This document shows, piece after piece, positions 58,726 through 64,000 of a stretch of DNA of 64,000 nucleotides. The translations under genes were made by a program, and so were the position numbers. Source of the DNA: a virus; the IMG/VR virus record IMGVR_UViG_3300025264_002028, positions 39,240 to 103,239 of that record. One strand, written 5' to 3'. Under the pieces are notes generated by a model. The model did not search any database and was not told the origin of the DNA. It saw only the letters and a program-made list of their open reading frames with translations. Position 1 is the stretch's first letter, and every line of letters begins with the position of its first letter.

Positions 58726-59300
58726 TGGTACACCTTTTCAAAATCAAAAAATCTCCATCTGTTGTAATGCTCTTGATCCCACCCGGAATTAACGTCTTGT
58801 AAATATTGCATAAGGCTATACCAATCTGAAAACATATGTTGATGAGGCATCACCCCAAACATCCAGTTAGGTATTTCTTGTTTCCCCTGTTCGCACATTA
58901 CTAATACAGGTTTTTTTTGGCTAATTGCAACAAAAGCTTCATGATAGGAGCCGCACATGTGAACATCAATGTCCATATACATAATGAGAAAATGGGCTAT
59001 GTCTACCATTCGTAGATCAATAGCAGCAATATCTCTCATTGAATTTTTGACTGAATCAAAAGTGCCCTCTTTTTTGCAATAATTTATTTCGTCTCTGAAA
59101 GAAGAATCTTCTTGCGCAAAATCCGTAGGTTTATTAGATGGATCAAGAACGCCCACGCCCATCTCTTTTAATTTAGGAGTTAAGTTCCTTCTCCATGTTA
59201 CACCACCATCCTCGACCCTGTCCATCGGGCCACACAGATACGCCAACGTATTTTTTAACCTGTTACGCTCAAAAGATTCTCCGAAACCATAGGTGGTCAT
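58722..59300 (-). CDS. nucleoside 2-deoxyribosyltransferase-like protein
   Basis: AYLCGPM, WR, LDP, DLRMVD, GSYHE. Confidence 0.75.
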   Translation of the reverse strand: MTTYGFGESFERNRLKNTLAYLCGPMDRVEDGGVTWRRNLTPKLKEMGVGVLDPSNKPTDFAQEDSSFRDEINYCKKEGTFDSVKNSMRDIAAIDLRMVDIAHFLIMYMDIDVHMCGSYHEAFVAISQKKPVLVMCEQGKQEIPNWMFGVMPHQHMFSDWYSLMQYLQDVNSGWDQEHYNRWRFFDFEKVYQ

Positions 59301-59485
59301 AGCGCTCTCTCTCCTAAGTGAAAAATATTCCGTATACGATACCACCATCCACGCGATTTTTTGCTCTTTCTAAATTCAGTAGTAAATCCTGATCGATGTT
59401 CTTTCATCATCTTCTGCGCTTTCCGTCGCCAACATTTGCTAACCTCCTTGAGCTGTTGATCCGATAAACCGGTATCACCTCTCAT
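59297..59485 (-). CDS. hypothetical basic protein
   Basis: Coupled 62 aa ORF. Confidence 0.55.
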   Translation of the reverse strand: MRGDTGLSDQQLKEVSKCWRRKAQKMMKEHRSGFTTEFRKSKKSRGWWYRIRNIFHLGERAL

Positions 59486-59954
59486 TACGGGCCTCTCTTA
59501 ATTTTTCAAGTACGCTTTTAAGTAAAATGGTCTGTGACCATACGCTATTATTAACAGTATGCACTCCGTTGTAAATTTCTTTTGTATCCTTCTTTAGTTG
59601 TTCTACAGTTTCGGGAATTTCCTCCAGTTGTTCTTCAGAATGGGTAACCAAAACATCTTCTTTCTCAACACCAGCTGAGCATTCAGGACAGAATTGTATG
59701 GATTCTGTTGCTGGGTCATGCTTATCTAAATAATGGTTGTACCGTAATATCATATCTGTGGTGCTTGAGAGCTGTTGGTGTGCTTTGCCTATTTCGTTAA
59801 TCACTTGGGTGTTAGCAACAATGACATTCCTAATCATGGTTTTCTGAGCGCTTAACTCACGACGCATACGGTGATATCTTGTTATAACCCCAGCAAACAT
59901 TATAAGCAAGATAAAGATAAAAACCACATCGAACCACAGTAAATATTTTTTCAT
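59475..59954 (-). CDS. membrane-anchored protein with RxxHYxxxH...CxxC motif
   Basis: TM segment; RYNHYLDKH...CPEC. Confidence 0.7.
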   Translation of the reverse strand: MKKYLLWFDVVFIFILLIMFAGVITRYHRMRRELSAQKTMIRNVIVANTQVINEIGKAHQQLSSTTDMILRYNHYLDKHDPATESIQFCPECSAGVEKEDVLVTHSEEQLEEIPETVEQLKKDTKEIYNGVHTVNNSVWSQTILLKSVLEKLREARNER

Positions 59955-59964
59955 GGTAACTATT

Positions 59965-60183
59965 TCAACTGAGCAGGTGTTTGGAAATTATTTCTAGGCG
60001 GTCTTCCGCATCTACGAGATTATCTAGTGCTGTGTCCAATTCTTTGTAGAGATCGTCTGTACTGTGATCCCCAATACCCACAGCATTATCCAAAAGAAGT
60101 TCAAAGGATGCTAAGGAAGCTGATTTATCAGACTCAGCTTTTTTTAGCATGTAAGCAACTGCGTGTTTCCTGAAGTTTAACAT
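59965..60183 (-). CDS. small phage protein (VGIGDH motif)
   Basis: NAVGIGDHS; start reset downstream of the terminator. Confidence 0.7.
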   Translation of the reverse strand: MLNFRKHAVAYMLKKAESDKSASLASFELLLDNAVGIGDHSTDDLYKELDTALDNLVDAEDRLEIISKHLLS

Positions 60184-60207
60184 TGTTTCCTCATTATGAT
60201 AAGAATT

Positions 60208-60242
60208 AAAAAAAAGTCCCCGCGAATAAATTCGCGAGGACA
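60208..60242 (-). terminator. intrinsic terminator
   Basis: GTCCTCGCGAA/TTCGCGGGGAC stem then T8. Confidence 0.85.
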
Positions 60243-60247
60243 CGGGT

Positions 60248-60661
60248 TCAACGACGAGTTACACTGGATGGCAATGGTGGAATGGGGAAATGAAGGGGAT
60301 GAACTACTGGTCCCGATCCCTCGGTGGGAGTTACTTCAATAGGTGGTAGCTCCTCAAAGGTTGGACCCGGTAGTTCTTTCAGTTCTCCCGGAACGTAACG
60401 CCAACGAAGCTGAGGTCGACGATACATATATGTTCTGCGTTTCGGAAGACACATGCGTGCCCTGAAGGGAGCTGTCACAATTGCTCCTACACCATGTACC
60501 ACTTTTCCAGTGAGATCACATGCGTAAACACCAACACCCATAACCAAGTCCAGCGGGCTACGACATTCTACAAAAATGGGTTTTGGCTTACGTCTCTCGA
60601 CTGCACTAACTCCTGAAGTCAAAAACAAAACAGTAAACATCGCAATAACTAATTTCTTCAT
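60248..60661 (-). CDS. secreted Pro-rich protein
   Basis: Signal peptide MKKLVIAMF...VSA. Confidence 0.6.
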   Translation of the reverse strand: MKKLVIAMFTVLFLTSGVSAVERRKPKPIFVECRSPLDLVMGVGVYACDLTGKVVHGVGAIVTAPFRARMCLPKRRTYMYRRPQLRWRYVPGELKELPGPTFEELPPIEVTPTEGSGPVVHPLHFPIPPLPSSVTRR

Positions 60662-60663
60662 GT

Positions 60664-60843
60664 CTAATCCTTGTGTCTTGTAATATAAGCTATCTGATTT
60701 GCGCTATCAAGCGCCACTATCCTATAAGATCCATCTTCCTCTATCTCAATTACATCTTCCACCTCCATATCACTAGTCATAGAATATAAACGCACACGCT
60801 CAGATCCGATTTCTTTAGCTGCGTCAAAGTGCTCAGGAATCAT
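60664..60843 (-). CDS. hypothetical 59 aa protein (not in ORF track)
   Basis: MIPEHFDAAKEIGSE...ITRHKD*; ATGA-coupled. Confidence 0.6.
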   Translation of the reverse strand: MIPEHFDAAKEIGSERVRLYSMTSDMEVEDVIEIEEDGSYRIVALDSANQIAYITRHKD

Positions 60844-61052
60844 TTCGTAAATCTGTTTCCAATATCAAGACCTGTCTTATATACTTGAGAAAAGATTTTA
60901 TGCTCATCTTTACTCTTAATATTCTCAACAAATTCTCGTAAAAATGCAACCCTAACTTTGATTCTTTGTTGATTATTGGGATATCGTGTTAACATTTCAC
61001 TAATTTCATCTACATATTGTAACACAACTTTTTTTTCAGTCACACTCATCAT
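60840..61052 (-). CDS. hypothetical protein
   Basis: SD GAGGAG upstream. Confidence 0.55.
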   Translation of the reverse strand: MMSVTEKKVVLQYVDEISEMLTRYPNNQQRIKVRVAFLREFVENIKSKDEHKIFSQVYKTGLDIGNRFTK

Positions 61053-61833
61053 AGTCAGGCTCCTCATTGTTGTATTCAAAAAAACCACACACGTCCGACT
61101 CACTCTCGTAATCCTCTACAACAGCAGGCAGTAATTCGCCGTCATATTCTCCAACAACTTCATATTTGCAGCAACGAAGCTTTTGGTGACCCGAGTCCAG
61201 AGGAACACTGACAACATCAGCTGGATCGATTTTGCAGATTACAATCTTGTCACCCGCACTGCCGTATGATTTGACGTAATCAATGGCGCCAACGTGGAGA
61301 CCCTGACTGCATCCAATATCACAGTTGTCATCAACTCGAAATCTAGGCATGCTGACCATCTCTCCCACAGAATTATTCATCTTACCTGAATATTTATCTG
61401 TGAAGTCACGCTTAACAGCCTTATATGCCAAGAAATAACCCTCTGGAGTTATAGGTAGAAATTTGTGAGATAGAAATTCGTATAGTTCATGAATAGCCCT
61501 GTATGAGGGGTTTTGGTATAACCGTTTGAGAAAATTTAGAATAGGATCAACGTCGAAATTTTGTTTAATCATTTCGACAATCCGATTGGTAATCGCACTG
61601 TGAACCTGTTCGTCTACGTAATACAGTACCCCATCCCGAAATCTAAATGATCCGTTACTCCAGTTCTCAATTTTGGAACCGGTATCAATTAATTCTACCA
61701 TTTGTGTAGCATCTCCACTCCGCACACACTCAACTAGAGACATGTATTCTGGATGAGATGGTCCAAACTGATAAGACTTATTGTCTGTTACTACTGTCCA
61801 GTTTCCTTGGCTGTCTTTAATGTGACTAAGCAT
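61036..61833 (-). CDS. rIIB-like protein
   Basis: NPSYRA..ELYEFL, FLAYK, MPR..VDDN....CS.GLH, DVVSVP.D...KLRCC. Confidence 0.85.
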   Translation of the reverse strand: MLSHIKDSQGNWTVVTDNKSYQFGPSHPEYMSLVECVRSGDATQMVELIDTGSKIENWSNGSFRFRDGVLYYVDEQVHSAITNRIVEMIKQNFDVDPILNFLKRLYQNPSYRAIHELYEFLSHKFLPITPEGYFLAYKAVKRDFTDKYSGKMNNSVGEMVSMPRFRVDDNCDIGCSQGLHVGAIDYVKSYGSAGDKIVICKIDPADVVSVPLDSGHQKLRCCKYEVVGEYDGELLPAVVEDYESESDVCGFFEYNNEEPDYDECD

Positions 61834-61834
61834 C

Positions 61835-62134
61835 CTAAAAAATCCTCTCGTCTCGGGGTTTCGGTTGAATAGTTTTGTCCACGATTTCACCGTCGTCAGT
61901 GAGCACAACAAAAAACGATTTTTCAATTTTAAAACTGGGGGCTATACTCTCCTCTTTTTTATATTCATTGGTCCATATATCTATACGATATCGATTGTGA
62001 AATACATTTGTAACAGAGATCTCGTAAAGATGATCGACATGTCCCACAAAATCCTTTAACATCTTTTCAGACATCTCTGGTTTTTTGCGTTTAATTTTCT
62101 TGGCCGCTGGAGGTTTTGTCATAATCTGTTCCAT
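61835..62134 (-). CDS. hypothetical protein between rIIA and rIIB
   Basis: ORF coupled to both. Confidence 0.6.
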   Translation of the reverse strand: MEQIMTKPPAAKKIKRKKPEMSEKMLKDFVGHVDHLYEISVTNVFHNRYRIDIWTNEYKKEESIAPSFKIEKSFFVVLTDDGEIVDKTIQPKPRDERIF

Positions 62135-62135
62135 T

Positions 62136-64000
62136 TTAGGCTCCCTTGATGTAATTGAGGACAACTTCTAGTTTTTCAGGCTTCCGTAGTTCCCATGAGT
62201 TAGTAAATTCCAACATGGGATACTTGTCCGTAATCTCTTTTTGAATTATATCAAGTGAATAATCATAGTCAAGCTTAATTTCTAGATTATCATAGATTAT
62301 AGTGTCTGCCTGCTTACTAAATTGCTCTAATTTTTCTGCAAAAGTACTAAATACTGGAAGATCGGAGTGACAGGCTAAATATCGAATGGTATTATTGGCA
62401 GAGCGCTCACACTTCATAACACTCTCAGGTGCAGTTTTCTTTACTTCACGTTGGAGATAATCATTGAGTGATATCCAGTTACCTTTCTCAAACTTTTTAG
62501 TTTTGGTAAATGCTGACTTCACACCATATACTACAGGCGTTTCAACACCCACCTCCCCAGCTTGTTGCAAGGTGCGTAAAATTCGATTAACACTATTAAG
62601 ATACCATGCTCCTCCTTGCCACACAGGCTTCCATCTCCTGATTTCAACATAAACTCGCTCCGTTGTGGTATCATTCATATCTACGTCCGTTTTACTCCAG
62701 CACTCGGCTGCCTTATGGGCGTTCCCACACATATCAAGAGTAAATACTTTCTCCTTGCATATTTCAGTTTTCCTGCGATAGGTCTCTGTCTTAGGGATCT
62801 CTTTTTCTAGATCCAAGATAAATTCAGGATCAATATTTAATTCATCTATTTGTTGCTGGGTAAGAAGTACCACAAGCATACGCATGTCTCCCAGCTCAGA
62901 CAAATATTGGCGAATACGTGTTTCATAACGGGGTTGATGTAAAAATAACTTAACTTCAGGACCGAAAGGAAGCGAGTGTGTTTCAGCCCTGTCAGGAGCC
63001 TTTCTGTATGAGGTTTTTGAAAAATAGGTGATTGGTTTTTCCGTGTGAGGAATTAAGTACGGCGCAAAATCACCAGAGTGTTTCATAATTATACTACCGG
63101 TATGACCAGTTTTCATAGAAGCTAACTTAAGTGACTTTTTATACGGAGTAGGTTCTTTTTCAATTTCATCAACAAGATAATCTTTAAGCTTGAGAAGTAC
63201 TGTTGTAATTGTGTTCGTCAGGGCATTTCTCGTTTTATCATCCAGCGAAAGATTTTCGCGCCCCGGATCAAAGCTTAGATCCCCAAGCTCAAATCTGACA
63301 TACCCTGACAGATCAGAAAACTCACTCGGTATATCGTACGCAACATTACCCATCACGGCTTTTAGCTGAGCCCAACCATGCTGAAGGCCAATCTTACCAT
63401 TGTTAAAAATGTAAGATGTTTTCTTGAGCCTAATGCGTTCGGTACATTCAGATAGGTTAATGTTTGGTACATCCTGAAAATATTGATACACCTCGACGGC
63501 CTCATCAATAAATTCGCCGACTCTCCCGTCTACATTGACAATAACTTCTAGGCCCGCATGATCTTCTGAAGTTTCTGTGATCAGTAACGCTATCTGTGGC
63601 TCACCATCTTCATCACGATAACAGCTGTAGGTTTTCTTACTCCCGCCAAAACAGCTGGCCACCGTAAAACTATCTACTAAACAGAACGGTGACTTACTCC
63701 CGAGACCCAGAGCCCCAATATAATCGTTAGATCCTGTTTTTGTACTACAAAAATAAGTGGTGAAGATCTCCCTGACATCTTGTTCAGAGAGACCCACACC
63801 ATAATCTCGAACGCCGAACCACGGTTCTAAGCTAGTAGGGAGATGCACGTCAAACGGCTGGTCGTTGCCAGCCTCGATATGAGCATCGTGGGCGTTACAG
63901 CTTAACTCCCTAATAACTGCACGAACCTTGTGGGTATAAATATTGGATGACAAAATATCAAACGCTTTAGCACTTGCCGCAATCTTAAAACTACTAGTTT
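62136..64000 (-). CDS. rIIA-like protein with N-terminal GHKL ATPase (5' partial)
   Basis: IRELSCNAHD, RDYGVG, STK, GALGLGSKS; frame stays open to the window end (FKIAASAKAFDILSSNIY). Confidence 0.85.
   Translation of the reverse strand, partial: TSSFKIAASAKAFDILSSNIYTHKVRAVIRELSCNAHDAHIEAGNDQPFDVHLPTSLEPWFGVRDYGVGLSEQDVREIFTTYFCSTKTGSNDYIGALGLGSKSPFCLVDSFTVASCFGGSKKTYSCYRDEDGEPQIALLITETSEDHAGLEVIVNVDGRVGEFIDEAVEVYQYFQDVPNINLSECTERIRLKKTSYIFNNGKIGLQHGWAQLKAVMGNVAYDIPSEFSDLSGYVRFELGDLSFDPGRENLSLDDKTRNALTNTITTVLLKLKDYLVDEIEKEPTPYKKSLKLASMKTGHTGSIIMKHSGDFAPYLIPHTEKPITYFSKTSYRKAPDRAETHSLPFGPEVKLFLHQPRYETRIRQYLSELGDMRMLVVLLTQQQIDELNIDPEFILDLEKEIPKTETYRRKTEICKEKVFTLDMCGNAHKAAECWSKTDVDMNDTTTERVYVEIRRWKPVWQGGAWYLNSVNRILRTLQQAGEVGVETPVVYGVKSAFTKTKKFEKGNWISLNDYLQREVKKTAPESVMKCERSANNTIRYLACHSDLPVFSTFAEKLEQFSKQADTIIYDNLEIKLDYDYSLDIIQKEITDKYPMLEFTNSWELRKPEKLEVVLNYIKGA

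Noticed and set aside
341-62810. Numerous plus-strand ORFs (60-130 aa) and short alternate-frame minus ORFs in the track
   Set aside because: They lie antisense to or inside well-supported minus-strand genes and have no recognisable motifs; treated as shadow ORFs.
1-64000. Stop-codon reassignment (TAG/TGA), as in some large phages
   Set aside because: Conserved genes are full length in code 11 and end at TAG, TGA and TAA at expected positions (fcl TAG, dut TAG, DUF1501 TGA); no suppressor tRNA seen.

Overview
All credible genes in this 64 kb, AT-rich window lie on the minus strand and are tightly packed or overlapping. The content fits a segment of a large dsDNA (probably jumbo) phage genome, most likely infecting a planctomycete or PVC-group host. 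Host clues are three Tat-type DUF1501 genes, a PHA_gran_rgn-like protein and a tmRNA with an AEPSLALAA tag. From the right end, in transcription order: (1) rIIA/rIIB-like genes; (2) a nucleotide/amino-acid metabolism block (deoxyribosyltransferase-like, AdoMetDC-like, lysine/saccharopine dehydrogenase-like, dCMP deaminase, ThyX); (3) tRNA-Arg(UCU) and a shortened (~258 nt) tmRNA; (4) a promoter-driven array of small genes sharing a conserved GGAGTTGATAAATGA-type junction (two YopX, then IscA); (5) a dipeptidase, a PAP2 enzyme and a membrane-anchored RuvA-C-like protein; (6) a glyco/sulfotransferase cluster; (7) an MMP-like protease with a cysteine switch beside an unannotated holin-like gene; (8) a sigma factor, class II RNR, DUF1501s and PhoH; (9) a replication module with RecA, dUTPase, DnaB, DnaG, dNMP kinase, an intein-less DnaE split into two genes around a DnaQ-like exonuclease, and SSB; (10) another glycosyltransferase cluster with GDP-fucose synthase. 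At least eight gene families occur as paralogs within the window. No CRISPR array, intein, integrase or stop-codon recoding was seen. All family calls come from motif recognition by eye, not from database searches.
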